Positions 28,412-38,528 of a stretch of 41,792 nucleotides of DNA are shown one piece after another. Numbering within the stretch: position 1 is the stretch's first letter; each line of letters starts with the position of its first letter. The stretch is taken from the NCBI GenBank assembly GCA_039208735.1, contig JBCCQY010000073.1, forward strand, positions 1-41,792, given 5' to 3'. Origin of the DNA: Myxococcota bacterium (GTDB taxonomy: Bacteria; Myxococcota_A; UBA796; GCA-2862545). The notes below the pieces were generated by a model that saw only the letters and a list, made by a program, of their open reading frames with translations, was not told where the DNA came from and ran no database searches. The position numbers and the translations under genes are program-made.

Positions 28412-31127
28412 GCGTCTTGCCCTCTGCCCTCTTGGGGGCAAACCGCTCGGGGCGGGACAACTCGACCTCCGGAGGCACGCAGCCGCCGATCGAGCCCTGG
28501 TAATCGTCCTGCACGTACCCCATTGCCGTGAGGGCACCCGCCATTTCATCGTCCGTGGCGTCGGTGAGTACAACGTCATCCGAGGGCAGCGGACTGATGC
28601 CGTATTGCAGGATGACCTGTCGCTGATCGAGCGCGGCTCGGGAAAGGGGGGTTCGGACCTTGCCCAACTCGGCTCGACGGGCGGGAACACTGAGCGTCGA
28701 TCGCTTGCCACCCTTCTCGTTTCCAGCGTATACACTGCATTTCAGTGTTCCACCGACCTCGGCGAGGGGTCCGTTGGGCATCAGGTACACCTCGCGGGTT
28801 CCTGCCTTGCCGGACCAGCAGATTTCATAGGCTCGCCCAGGGTTCTTGGGCAACTCGTGACCTAGGATCTGATAGGTGTCGAGCTTGTCCTTCATCGCTT
28901 TATGGTCATCGATGGGTCGGACGTCGGCCTCGCCAAACTTCAGCGGATCGTTGCCCGCCCACGACGCCTTCAGGCCGCCTTCGATCGTACACAACGCCCA
29001 GGTAGGCAGGACGTTCTTGCCGCCCGTGCGCGCTCGGGTCGGCGTGATGCGGTAGCCTGCATTAACGTCGCGCTGAAGAGCATTTGCGAGATGTTCGCGG
29101 TAGGGCTTGCCCTCGTCCCCGTTTGGCGTGCGGAGCCGATTGTTGGTTTCCTTGGGGTCCTGGGCGAGATCGTAGAGTGCTTCTCGCCCCTCGGTCGTGG
29201 TCCATTTGTCTTTGCCGTGCAGCACGCCCCAGCGTTCGAGACCGTAGAGCGGCAGGCCAAAGGCTTGGTCGCGTGCGATGAACTCGGACTCTGCATCGGG
29301 CTTTCCCTTCAGCACCCCCACCAGCGATTTGCCCTGGACGTTGCTGGGAATGTCGCGGCCCAACAACTCGAGTATGGTCGGCGTGAGGTCGAGGAGCGAC
29401 ACGGGAGTCTCGACGTGTCGAGCCTTTACGCCGGGCGCATGGATGATCATCGGGACATGGAGCAGTTCGTCGAACAGCGTATGGCCGTGCTCGAAGCCAC
29501 CGTGCTCCCAGAATTCCTCGCCATGATCGGCATAGAGCAGCAGGATGTCGTTGTCGTCGAGCCGCTGCACCAAACGGGCAACTTGGTCGGTCGCATAGCG
29601 AACGTTGTTGTCGTATCGGTCCTTGATGTACTGCTGACCGTCCGGATCGCCGCCCAGATTGGCGCGGCGCACATCCGAGAGATGGAAGGTGGTGCGGAGC
29701 CCGGCGGGTCCTGTGCCGGCATACATCGGTCGGTAGGTGATCGGCTCGATGTACGGCAGGTGAGCGTCCATGTAGTGGACCTGAATCAGGGCGTTTCGGC
29801 CTTCATGTTCGTCGAGCCACTCGATCGCATCGTCGGTGACCTCGGTGGCCGACGGCCAAAGGCCCACGCGATGCAGGTTCCAGTCCCGGTGCATCTCGAA
29901 GTTGGCCGAAAGGTAGACGTTGCCTGCGATGAACGCTGTGGCGAACCCCGCATCCCCCAGGATTCCGGGCAGCGTTTGGGTACTGGGGGCCAGGTAGTGG
30001 TCGGGGTAGCGGCCGGTCACGATGGTGCGGGCACTGGGAAGCGTCCAAGGGGCGACCGAACGCGCTTGGTCAAAGATCACCGCCGTGGAGGCTAGGCCAT
30101 CGATCGCCTTGGTCGTGTCACGGTGGTAGCCGTATAGCGACATGTGATCGGGCCGCAGAGTGTCGATGAACACCATGATCACGCGCACCGGGTTTTCGAG
30201 GCGGCTTGCGACCACCGGTTCGGCGACGAAGGCGTAGTCGAACGTTGGGGTTTCGCCAGGTTCGGTGCGGAAGCGGAGCCGCACATCCTGGTTTGCGTAC
30301 TTCGACAGGTCGACTCGGCGAGGCGTGAAGTCCCGAATGGCCAAGGGGAACGATCCCAGCGACTCTGACGTACCGTTGACCTCGAGTTCCACGATGAGGG
30401 TGGCCCCGTCGGATGGCGCCGCATCCTTGACTTCAGGCTCGGCCAGGCCGCTTAGGAACGTGAGTTCGCCCGCCTCCGGTACTGTGAGATCCCACGCCGC
30501 CGTCCCGGGTGCGGGAAGCAACAGGCCGCGTCGGTGATCCCAGTCATCTTGGATGGATTGCCAGACAAATTCTTCACGCTTGTCGGTGGTCGTCTGGTGG
30601 ATGAAGTTCAACGCCGCGTCTCGGATGAGCGCTCGGTCATAGCGGAGGTAGAGCGTTTCCTCTGGCGGCGTTCGTGTGGGCATGTACACGTAGACGTACT
30701 CACGATCGAGTGACCATTTGGGTCGCTTGGAGCTTCCAAATCGATCGTAGGTGAGTTCGGTTCCGTCTTTGAGGCTGAGCCCCATGCCTGGCTTCGGCTG
30801 GTTGAAGAACAATCCGCGTGGCCGAATGGGAGCTTCCGTCCGATACTTGTACATCCCCGAGCGGGTGGTACCCGTGTAGCGCCATGGCCCGTCAACCGGG
30901 ATCTTTTCGGGCGCATGCACGCCGCCGGGGCGGCTATGGTCGGGGTACGACAGTTCGGCGAAGGGCCTGTTGCGGAGCACCACTTCCGAACCCAGGTCCG
31001 GAGTGATGGCGTCGGGGCGCGGCGGCTCGCCCCAACAACCGCTAGCGAGCAGCGCGAACAAGCCAGACGCGAAAACCGACGGAGCCGTGAAGCACCGGCG
31101 GTTCAGAACACGCAGAAGGCGAAACAC
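28398..31127 (-). CDS. Sulfatase-like (alkaline phosphatase superfamily) lipoprotein
   Basis: Lipobox LASGC, IDTLRPDH, WTLPSARTIVTG, HYMDAHLPY, ADHGEEFWEHGGFEHG. Confidence 0.85.
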   Translation of the reverse strand: MFRLLRVLNRRCFTAPSVFASGLFALLASGCWGEPPRPDAITPDLGSEVVLRNRPFAELSYPDHSRPGGVHAPEKIPVDGPWRYTGTTRSGMYKYRTEAPIRPRGLFFNQPKPGMGLSLKDGTELTYDRFGSSKRPKWSLDREYVYVYMPTRTPPEETLYLRYDRALIRDAALNFIHQTTTDKREEFVWQSIQDDWDHRRGLLLPAPGTAAWDLTVPEAGELTFLSGLAEPEVKDAAPSDGATLIVELEVNGTSESLGSFPLAIRDFTPRRVDLSKYANQDVRLRFRTEPGETPTFDYAFVAEPVVASRLENPVRVIMVFIDTLRPDHMSLYGYHRDTTKAIDGLASTAVIFDQARSVAPWTLPSARTIVTGRYPDHYLAPSTQTLPGILGDAGFATAFIAGNVYLSANFEMHRDWNLHRVGLWPSATEVTDDAIEWLDEHEGRNALIQVHYMDAHLPYIEPITYRPMYAGTGPAGLRTTFHLSDVRRANLGGDPDGQQYIKDRYDNNVRYATDQVARLVQRLDDNDILLLYADHGEEFWEHGGFEHGHTLFDELLHVPMIIHAPGVKARHVETPVSLLDLTPTILELLGRDIPSNVQGKSLVGVLKGKPDAESEFIARDQAFGLPLYGLERWGVLHGKDKWTTTEGREALYDLAQDPKETNNRLRTPNGDEGKPYREHLANALQRDVNAGYRITPTRARTGGKNVLPTWALCTIEGGLKASWAGNDPLKFGEADVRPIDDHKAMKDKLDTYQILGHELPKNPGRAYEICWSGKAGTREVYLMPNGPLAEVGGTLKCSVYAGNEKGGKRSTLSVPARRAELGKVRTPLSRAALDQRQVILQYGISPLPSDDVVLTDATDDEMAGALTAMGYVQDDYQGSIGGCVPPEVELSRPERFAPKRAEGKTLSEG

Positions 31128-31214
31128 GGTGGGAACCTCACTTCCGCTACCCTACGCCGAATGACGTGGGCCGTAGGTGGAGTTCCCCGGTAACGACGTG
31201 GCGCCCTGGGCGCT

Positions 31215-32681
31215 CTAGCGGCGACGCCGCGCGAGCAGGCCGATCACGACCAGGCCGCCGAGCGCCGCGAGTCCAGCCGGCGCCGTGCCGGTGCTGCAAC
31301 CGAAGCCGCGCTGGGTTCCGCCGGTGCGGCTGGCTTCAAAGGTCAGCGTCGCGCCCCCCACTCCACCGATACCGCCGAGGCTCATGGCCACGGTATAGGT
31401 CCCGGGTTCGGGCAGATTGAGCTCGGGCTCCCAGGCCGCGATGGGCTCGCCGACGCGTTCGCCGTTTACGCTGTCGCCCTTGAAGACGTCCCACTGGATC
31501 TCGGAGATGCAGCCGAAGACCGACACATCCGAATCGTTGAGCAGCTGGTACCGCAGGCCATCGACCTGTTCGATCTCGAAGCTGGCTTCTGGCTCGCCAC
31601 AGGCGCGGACGTAGCCAATACGGCGGAAGGTGTTCGACCATCCGTCTTCACCGCAGGCCTCGCGGTCGCCGGTGACCGTCACTTCAACGGTGTAGTTGCC
31701 GGGCTCAACGTATTCGTGGCTCACGGTGAGGCCGTCGTCGACCGATCCGTCACCCCAACGCCAATCGGCGCCCGTCACTTCGTTGAGGAAGTCCGACGTC
31801 ACCGCACAGTTGATGGTGAAGGGGGCGACGCCAACGGACAGTCCCGCAGAGACTTCGTTCGAGCAGCTGAACGACGCCGAAGGACCGTACAGTGCCGTGA
31901 TCCCTTCGATGTCGTCATCGTTGATCGTGGCCTGCTCGTTGCTGCAGGAAGGACCCGTCCAGTACATCGTCGCTTCGAACAGACGCTGCTCGGTGCAGGG
32001 ACCGCCTTCGGGCAGGGCCGGATTCTCGCAGCTGTGCGCCATGCCGAAGTTGTGGCCGAACTCATGCGCCGCGACGGCCACGATCGAGTGCTCGCTGCCC
32101 TGGCACTGGTTGTTCTCGACCTCTTCGAACGTCCGGTACACGACATTGTCGTTGAACGAAACGTCGCCCGAGACCTGAACATCGTAGGGGCGTCCACCCA
32201 CGATGATCGAGGCGCCCGGGTCGAGCTGACGGTTCTGCGCCGCCAACACACCGGCGTTCATCTCGTCGCCAGGATCGTTGTACGTCACGTGATTGAAAAA
32301 ATCGCCAAGCGCAAAACTCGCCAGGTTGGGCGACGCTTGATCGGGGTTGGCAACCGTGTCGATCACGTCGAACTGTACGTCAGCGCACGGTGCGTCGAGC
32401 CACGCTTCGTAGCCGAGTCGGGTGGATTCGTAGCAGTAGCCCGCGGGAACGGTCTCTTCGCAACAGCCCGAAAGCCCGCCGCTTTCTTCACAAGCCGCAA
32501 CGGAATTGGGGGCGCCGTCGTCGGCCGTGTTGACGACGATCGGGAGTGCGTCAGGCGCCCACACCGTGCCGCTGTTGCCCGTGTTGTTGACGATGTGACG
32601 CCAGGCGTAGGCGTCGGACGCAACTGCGCCGGTGACCAGCAAGCCCAGGGCGACGACGATGGGGGTAGTGGCGTTCTTCAT
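31215..32681 (-). CDS. Matrixin (M10-like) metalloprotease with PKD domain and MYXO-CTERM tail
   Basis: Signal peptide, HEFGHNFGMAHS, Met-turn ATMYW, PKD WRWGDG...HEYVEPGNYTV, C-terminal GFGCST-hydrophobic-RRRR; ATG 32681 coupled to the upstream stop. Confidence 0.88.
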   Translation of the reverse strand: MKNATTPIVVALGLLVTGAVASDAYAWRHIVNNTGNSGTVWAPDALPIVVNTADDGAPNSVAACEESGGLSGCCEETVPAGYCYESTRLGYEAWLDAPCADVQFDVIDTVANPDQASPNLASFALGDFFNHVTYNDPGDEMNAGVLAAQNRQLDPGASIIVGGRPYDVQVSGDVSFNDNVVYRTFEEVENNQCQGSEHSIVAVAAHEFGHNFGMAHSCENPALPEGGPCTEQRLFEATMYWTGPSCSNEQATINDDDIEGITALYGPSASFSCSNEVSAGLSVGVAPFTINCAVTSDFLNEVTGADWRWGDGSVDDGLTVSHEYVEPGNYTVEVTVTGDREACGEDGWSNTFRRIGYVRACGEPEASFEIEQVDGLRYQLLNDSDVSVFGCISEIQWDVFKGDSVNGERVGEPIAAWEPELNLPEPGTYTVAMSLGGIGGVGGATLTFEASRTGGTQRGFGCSTGTAPAGLAALGGLVVIGLLARRRR

Positions 32682-33367
32682 CAGAGGCCCTCGGGATCGG
32701 CGTTGGGAATGTCGACAGGGAGGGGAACGTTGTTGACCTCGGCGAGGCGTTCCATCGAGATCCCCGGGATGGGCTGCCCGTCCCAACCCGCTTCAAGGCG
32801 AGCCGTGACCTGGGCACGAAGGTCATCGAGGTAACGGCGCTGTTCTTCTGGCGGATGCACGAGGAACCGGTGGTCGAAGACCCACCCCGGGTAGTGCTTC
32901 GGGTGGACCTGAAGCACGTGCTTGCGCTTCGCGTGAGCGGCGCGTCGGATCGTGAACTTGCCCAGGAACATCGACACCGGCATCAACCGGCGGCCGTCGT
33001 CGACAGGGTCAAGAAACACAAACACCTGCTCGCCCGGTGAGTACACCGCCATGCCCGGCACGTAGGTCGAAACATCGCCGTACGTCCCGCCCAGGCTCTC
33101 GATGACCAGCGTTTCCGGGTTACTCGGTCCCTTATGGACCGTTTCGACGGTCATCGAAGCGCGGGTCCACACCTTGGAAGGATCGTCGCTGTCGAGCTCG
33201 GTCCACACTTTCGTCACATGCCCCTCGACGATCCACGTCGAGGCATCGGTGAACTGCTCAATCGACAGGTCCGCGAAAGACGTGGCCTGGGCTTCGGGCA
33301 AATTGCCCAGGGTCGCGAACCAAAGTGCGATCCCGACGAGACTTCCTCGTGCGATCCGACGGATCAT
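32681..33367 (-). CDS. Exported protein, possible TIMP/NTR-like OB fold
   Basis: AGGAG RBS, AQA signal peptide, LSIEQFTDASTWIVEGHVTKV...VETVHKG...GGT...PGEQVFVFL pattern. Confidence 0.7.
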   Translation of the reverse strand: MIRRIARGSLVGIALWFATLGNLPEAQATSFADLSIEQFTDASTWIVEGHVTKVWTELDSDDPSKVWTRASMTVETVHKGPSNPETLVIESLGGTYGDVSTYVPGMAVYSPGEQVFVFLDPVDDGRRLMPVSMFLGKFTIRRAAHAKRKHVLQVHPKHYPGWVFDHRFLVHPPEEQRRYLDDLRAQVTARLEAGWDGQPIPGISMERLAEVNNVPLPVDIPNADPEGL

Positions 33368-33667
33368 GTCGTTCTCCTGACACGGGGGTGTGGCGCCGCT
33401 GAAACTGACGGAGCCCGTGTGTATCACGCGGCGCTGGAACACCAAAGCTCGTGCCGCGAGCCCTCACGAGGTTAACGGGCCGGGTCGCATGGCCACATGG
33501 TCCATCAACCGCCCGGTGGCTTCGTTGGCAGCCGTGTCGGTGAGTTGACTTCTCGGTGCCTGTCTTGTACCTCTACGCTGTTTCGCGCCCCACTCCCATC
33601 GCTCCGAACCGTGCCCCCGGGCATGACCTTCGGAGGGGCGCTTTGCCGGCTCAGGAGACGTGAGGGA

Positions 33668-36451
33668 ATGGTCTGGAAACGAATGATTGGCCTTGGGTTT
33701 TTGCCCATTCTGGCCGCCCTGGTCGCGCTCTTGGCCGCTGCTCCTGCGTGGGCTCAGACGACGGGTAAGCTCCGCGTCACGGTCATTGACACCATTGGGG
33801 GGTCGAATTCGCCCCTCGAAGATGCGGAGTGCTCGCTCGTCGGTGACACCCTCATCGGTGGGGCCGTCGTCAAATTCTCGGATTCGAACGGTGAAGTTCA
33901 GTTCGCCGACCTCCCTCCGGGAAGCTACGAGTTGGCCGTCACCTACCCCGGCTACCAATCCGCCCGGATCGGCGGCATCAAGATCCAGGTGAACCGGGTG
34001 GTTCAGCAGACCGTTCCCATGCGGGAAGGCGAAGTCGAAGAGATGATCATCGACTTCAAAGAGAAGGCGGTCGACGTTGAGAAGACGACGCGAAGCACGG
34101 TTCTGAGCAAGGAATTCCTACAGAAGATCCCGGCCGGCCGGTCGTATCAGAACGCCATCAATATCGTGGCGGGCGTGCAGCCTGGTGTGGGCGGTAACGC
34201 CTCCGTCGGCGGTGGTGCGTTTAACGAAACGACCTACCTCATCGACGGGGTCAACGTGACCGACCCCGTCACGGGGACCTTCGGCGTCAACTTCAACTTC
34301 GACGCGATTCAGCAGGTTGAGGTCCTCCTCGGAGGCTACCAGCCCGAGTACGGGACTTCGGTCGGTGGGATCGTCAACATCTTGACCGAATCCGGGACGA
34401 ACAACCTCGAATTCAACGCCGGCATTGTCTATCAGAACGGCAACCTGCGGCCCCGCCTCGACGAACGACTGTCGGCGGATGGGTTCGTGCTGGCGCCCAC
34501 GGGCTTCGACGTCAGCGTCCAGTCCTACCAGATTCCGGCGGTGCTCTCCGGTCCGATCGTTCGCGACAAGGCTTGGTTCTTCCTTTCGTACCAGGCGACG
34601 CGCACGCTCTCGAACAACGTTGCCATTCCGCAGCAGCGTGACTTCGATGGCCATTACTTCTTGGGCAAGATCACGGTTCAGCCGACGCCGGCGCACCGCT
34701 TGAGCGTCCAGTTGCAGACCAGCCCCACCAACATCGACAACACCCAGCAGTTCGACCAGTTCACACGCTCCGAAGCGCAGGAACGCCAGAGTCAGGGTGG
34801 CTACATCCTCACGGGTACCTGGCAGTGGTTCCTGAACTCGGATGTCACGCTTGAAACGCGCGCTACGGCGCAGAAGATCTACATCGAGCGCAGCTCGGTC
34901 GCGTGTACGCACAACCCCAACAGCGACAGCCACCGGTGTGAGCCGGGTGAGCGCGAGGCGAACGTCGACTGGTTCACCCCCGGTCGTTTGGGGCGCCAGG
35001 GGGCCTACAACTCGGTCAACTCCACGTTCTTCACCTTTGACGACCGCCTGATCTACACGCTCGACTCTCGCCTGTCGGTTTTGTCGGTGACAGACTGGTT
35101 TGGCGGCGCTCATGACTTCAAGTTTGGTGTCAACGCTCAGCAGCTTGTCTGGGACCGCATCTCCGGCTTCAACGGCAACATCCGGTACTTCGACATCTAC
35201 GCGGTGCCGTTCAACGCCGACACCTTCCAGAACTTCTTCACCGTCGAGTCGTCGGGGCCGCAGCAGTTCCGGGTCAGCTCGTCGCGCTACGCGATGTTCG
35301 CCCAGGACTCCTACAAGCCTGTTCCGAACCTCACCCTCAACTACGGCCTGCGCTTCGATGCCTTCGTCTTGCGCAACGACTTGGGTGAGCCCACGGTGTC
35401 GGCAGCGCTCCTCGGGCCCCGCCTGTTCGGTGCTTGGGACCCCTTTGGCGACCAGCGGACCAAGATCGCGACCGGCTACGGTCGCTTCAACGACACGGGC
35501 CGCCTTGGCATTGCAGGGTTCACCTCGGTCTCGGGTTTTGGTATCAAGCAGTACCTGACCGAGTTCTTCGCCATCGCGGGCGGCGACCCCGCCGACTATG
35601 TCAATGCCCAGCAGCAGATTTACTTCGCGACCGAGCAGCAGAACTTCAACTTCGCCAACGAAGATTTGCGCGCACCTCGGGTCGACGAGATCATCTTGCA
35701 GGTCGAGCGTGAAATCGTCGAAGACTACGCCTTGTTCTCGGACTTCTCGGGCAAGTACTCCCGGTTCATGTTTGAGCCTGACGGCACGAACTTCATCTAC
35801 GACAGCGATGGCTCGGCGATCATCGGGTCTCGCTACGGCGATGTCGTCAACGAGCGCCCTCGCCTGCGGACGCCAGCGCTTGCCAAGCGTGATTTCTACC
35901 AGTGGGATATCGGGATTCGGAAGGTCGAAAGCCGCCGCTGGGCCGGTTCGTTCACCTATACGTACGTCAACGGAGTCGGTTCATCGACCCAGGCGCTCTC
36001 GGGCTCCTTCCTGAACGACCAGCAGACGCAGTTCAACTACGGTCTGCTCAACACCGACCGTCGCCACCAGATCAACAGCTTCGTGTACTGGAACCTTCCC
36101 ACCGATCCCAACACGACCACGCTCTCGGCTACGTTCCAGTACGATTCAGGCTTCCCGTTCGACCGGTTGTACCCAACGGAAGGGTTTGGTGGGCAGAACG
36201 GCACCCTGCGGATTCGTGACCGCGGTACCTACGCTCGGTTCAACTCCTTCTGGGAGCTGTCGTTGGGTTTCCGCCAGGCCATCAACCTGCGGAAGGGCCA
36301 AGTCGAGCTGGGCGCTGACGTCCAGAATATCACGAACAACCGTTCCCCCATCAACGGTAACGGCCTTGTTGTCAACCGTTTCAACCGCCTGCTCGTTACA
36401 GCGCGCCAGGCCCCGCTGCGGATTCAGTTCCGTGCGCGGTACCAGTTCTGA
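33668..36451 (+). CDS. Oar-like TonB-dependent receptor with N-terminal carboxypeptidase-regulatory-like domain
   Basis: AWA signal peptide, LPPGSYEL, plug YLIDGVNVTDP...AIQQVEVLLGGYQPEYG...GGIVN, LTLNYGLRFD, terminal RARYQF. Confidence 0.9.
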   Translation: MVWKRMIGLGFLPILAALVALLAAAPAWAQTTGKLRVTVIDTIGGSNSPLEDAECSLVGDTLIGGAVVKFSDSNGEVQFADLPPGSYELAVTYPGYQSARIGGIKIQVNRVVQQTVPMREGEVEEMIIDFKEKAVDVEKTTRSTVLSKEFLQKIPAGRSYQNAINIVAGVQPGVGGNASVGGGAFNETTYLIDGVNVTDPVTGTFGVNFNFDAIQQVEVLLGGYQPEYGTSVGGIVNILTESGTNNLEFNAGIVYQNGNLRPRLDERLSADGFVLAPTGFDVSVQSYQIPAVLSGPIVRDKAWFFLSYQATRTLSNNVAIPQQRDFDGHYFLGKITVQPTPAHRLSVQLQTSPTNIDNTQQFDQFTRSEAQERQSQGGYILTGTWQWFLNSDVTLETRATAQKIYIERSSVACTHNPNSDSHRCEPGEREANVDWFTPGRLGRQGAYNSVNSTFFTFDDRLIYTLDSRLSVLSVTDWFGGAHDFKFGVNAQQLVWDRISGFNGNIRYFDIYAVPFNADTFQNFFTVESSGPQQFRVSSSRYAMFAQDSYKPVPNLTLNYGLRFDAFVLRNDLGEPTVSAALLGPRLFGAWDPFGDQRTKIATGYGRFNDTGRLGIAGFTSVSGFGIKQYLTEFFAIAGGDPADYVNAQQQIYFATEQQNFNFANEDLRAPRVDEIILQVEREIVEDYALFSDFSGKYSRFMFEPDGTNFIYDSDGSAIIGSRYGDVVNERPRLRTPALAKRDFYQWDIGIRKVESRRWAGSFTYTYVNGVGSSTQALSGSFLNDQQTQFNYGLLNTDRRHQINSFVYWNLPTDPNTTTLSATFQYDSGFPFDRLYPTEGFGGQNGTLRIRDRGTYARFNSFWELSLGFRQAINLRKGQVELGADVQNITNNRSPINGNGLVVNRFNRLLVTARQAPLRIQFRARYQF

Positions 36452-36462
36452 TTCCGAGGATC

Positions 36463-37407
36463 ATGAGCATGAAGACCACCACCATTCCTTTCTTGTGGGC
36501 GGCTTTGGCGCTCGCCCCGGGTTGCGCCTTCGACGAAGGCCTCATCATCGAGAACCTGCGAGGTACGGTCAGCATCCCCGTCGAAGCGGTGACGCGGACC
36601 ATCCAGGTGGACGAGGGTGAGTTCGTCGAAATCGAGGCGGATCCTCGACTCATCGGACCGGTTTATCTGGGACTGTACTCAAAGGTCGAGGAAGCGAACG
36701 TCATCGAGGAGTACCCGCATCCGGAGTTCGGACCCCAGTTCCAGCCCGGCCGTACCGGTGATGCGTTTCCCTACGGCGGAACCACCATCGGCGACTTGCG
36801 CTTTGCTTGCCTCCCTTCCCTGTCGTGCCGCCTGACCAGTGGTCGGTTTGAGACCTGGGACTCCATCGTCGAGTGGTTCGAGCTTCTTGAAACGCCGCTC
36901 ACCGACGTCAACGGCGCTCCCGTGCCCAACGGTGAGTACCTGCGGCAGGTTTGCTACGACTTCCTGAACATCACGTCCGACGAAGAGATTCGGGTCACAG
37001 CGTTCGAAGACCGCAACAACGATGGGTACATCAACTCTGGCGACCTCGACTTCCAGCGTGAAGACGACTTCTTCGTCGCCGAGTTCACCATGTTCCAGCA
37101 GGAGTTGTTCTACGACCAGGACGACCCCAACTGCACGCCCGGCCGGGATTGCACTGGGTTTTCGTTGTGGGGCTGGATGGACGCTCCGGATGTGGACCGG
37201 TTCGACTACACCACCTGTTTCGACGACCAGTTTGGTCTCCAGATCCAGGAGTACAACATCGAATTCGAGCCCGGGGCGTCGCCGCCTGATGTGCTCAACT
37301 TCCCATCCCGCTACATCGCGCGGGGCGATTGGGTATCGACCCAGCCGTTCATCTGGAGCGATGTCTTTGACGAGCCCAATCTGGTGCTCGACTTCGAGGT
37401 GCAGTGA
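36463..37407 (+). CDS. Acidic Cys-containing lipoprotein with an EF-hand/dockerin-like loop
   Basis: Lipobox LAPGC, DRNNDGYINSGD at 37009-37044, 11 bp after the receptor stop. Confidence 0.8.
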   Translation: MSMKTTTIPFLWAALALAPGCAFDEGLIIENLRGTVSIPVEAVTRTIQVDEGEFVEIEADPRLIGPVYLGLYSKVEEANVIEEYPHPEFGPQFQPGRTGDAFPYGGTTIGDLRFACLPSLSCRLTSGRFETWDSIVEWFELLETPLTDVNGAPVPNGEYLRQVCYDFLNITSDEEIRVTAFEDRNNDGYINSGDLDFQREDDFFVAEFTMFQQELFYDQDDPNCTPGRDCTGFSLWGWMDAPDVDRFDYTTCFDDQFGLQIQEYNIEFEPGASPPDVLNFPSRYIARGDWVSTQPFIWSDVFDEPNLVLDFEVQ

Positions 37408-38495
37408 TGACCTTCAACCATCGATGGCTCTTGGCCGGATTTGGAGCGGCACTGCTCTCTGGCTGCGACTACTCGGGGGATTGGCTGTTCAACGGGCCGA
37501 TTGACGGGCTGCCTCCGGTTTACCAGATCACATCTCCTGATGGTGGACCCATTGTCCCCGCCGACATCGATACGATCGAGGACATTCAGGCCAACACGAT
37601 CTACGGTGAGGTCGCAGCGTCCCAGAACACCCAGGTGGGTGGCATGACGGCCGAGTTCATCGGCACGGGCGATTCCGTCTGTGTTTGGGTCGATCCCGAA
37701 GTCGCCTACTGGACCCAGTCGGTTGCCGAGGGTGGCTCGATCATCGGCGAGAAGTTCGAGTACCCTGACAACCCGTGGGATGATGGTGACTTGGACCTCC
37801 GTGTGGGTCTGTCGGTCTACTATACTGGTTCGCCAAGCCGAATCGGTGACTTCAACGTCACCTATGAGGACTCACTGGGGAACCCGGTCGACATCGAATT
37901 GCAGGACTGTCCCAACGAAGAGGCGAGCAGCCCCTTTGCGGAGTTCGTCGATGCGGGCCGTGGCTCGGCCGAGCGCTGTACCATTCAGCGGACTGAGCCG
38001 GGTGTTTCGTACACCATTGCTCTGACCAGCTGGGCGGTACCGCTCGACGACGACCGTTTGGGCTACGGGTTGCTCGTGGCCAACGGGCCTTGCAACGGAC
38101 CGGGCGGCGTCGAAGGCGCGGCGGGACGGAGCAACCAGGCGACCGAAGAAAACCAGCTTGATGCCGAGTGCGTCATTCTTGGCGAGGCCATTCGTCCGTT
38201 GGTGCTCGAGAACGACGAAGAGGATTACCGGCCCTACTACGGGTTCGCGGAACTTGAGGCCGCGGGTGCGAACTATCCGCAGGTCTTCGATTTCGAGCTT
38301 CTCTATTGCTCGGACGCGACCGACGAGGTGAACGGTCCCATGCGCGACTACTGCCGTCCGGAGGCCCGCCAGGTCGCCGAAGAGGGCAGGGCATGTCTGT
38401 GGGACGGCTTCGAGGAAGACGAGACCAATCCGCTTGAGAAGGTCAAGTGCTTCTGCGGCGATCCGAACGATACCCCGCTCAACGGGCCCGGCTGA
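37407..38495 (+). CDS. Acidic Cys-rich lipoprotein
   Basis: Lipobox LLSGC, TGATG coupling to the upstream gene; alternative GTG start at 37404. Confidence 0.8.
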   Translation: MTFNHRWLLAGFGAALLSGCDYSGDWLFNGPIDGLPPVYQITSPDGGPIVPADIDTIEDIQANTIYGEVAASQNTQVGGMTAEFIGTGDSVCVWVDPEVAYWTQSVAEGGSIIGEKFEYPDNPWDDGDLDLRVGLSVYYTGSPSRIGDFNVTYEDSLGNPVDIELQDCPNEEASSPFAEFVDAGRGSAERCTIQRTEPGVSYTIALTSWAVPLDDDRLGYGLLVANGPCNGPGGVEGAAGRSNQATEENQLDAECVILGEAIRPLVLENDEEDYRPYYGFAELEAAGANYPQVFDFELLYCSDATDEVNGPMRDYCRPEARQVAEEGRACLWDGFEEDETNPLEKVKCFCGDPNDTPLNGPG

Positions 38496-38528
38496 TCCGC
38501 TTTCGTCGCTGACGCACCTGCAAGCTAA

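Noticed and set aside
33440..33460. Sigma-54-like CGGCACG-N4-TTGG upstream of the TIMP-like gene
   Set aside because: The conserved -12 GC is missing; too weak to call.
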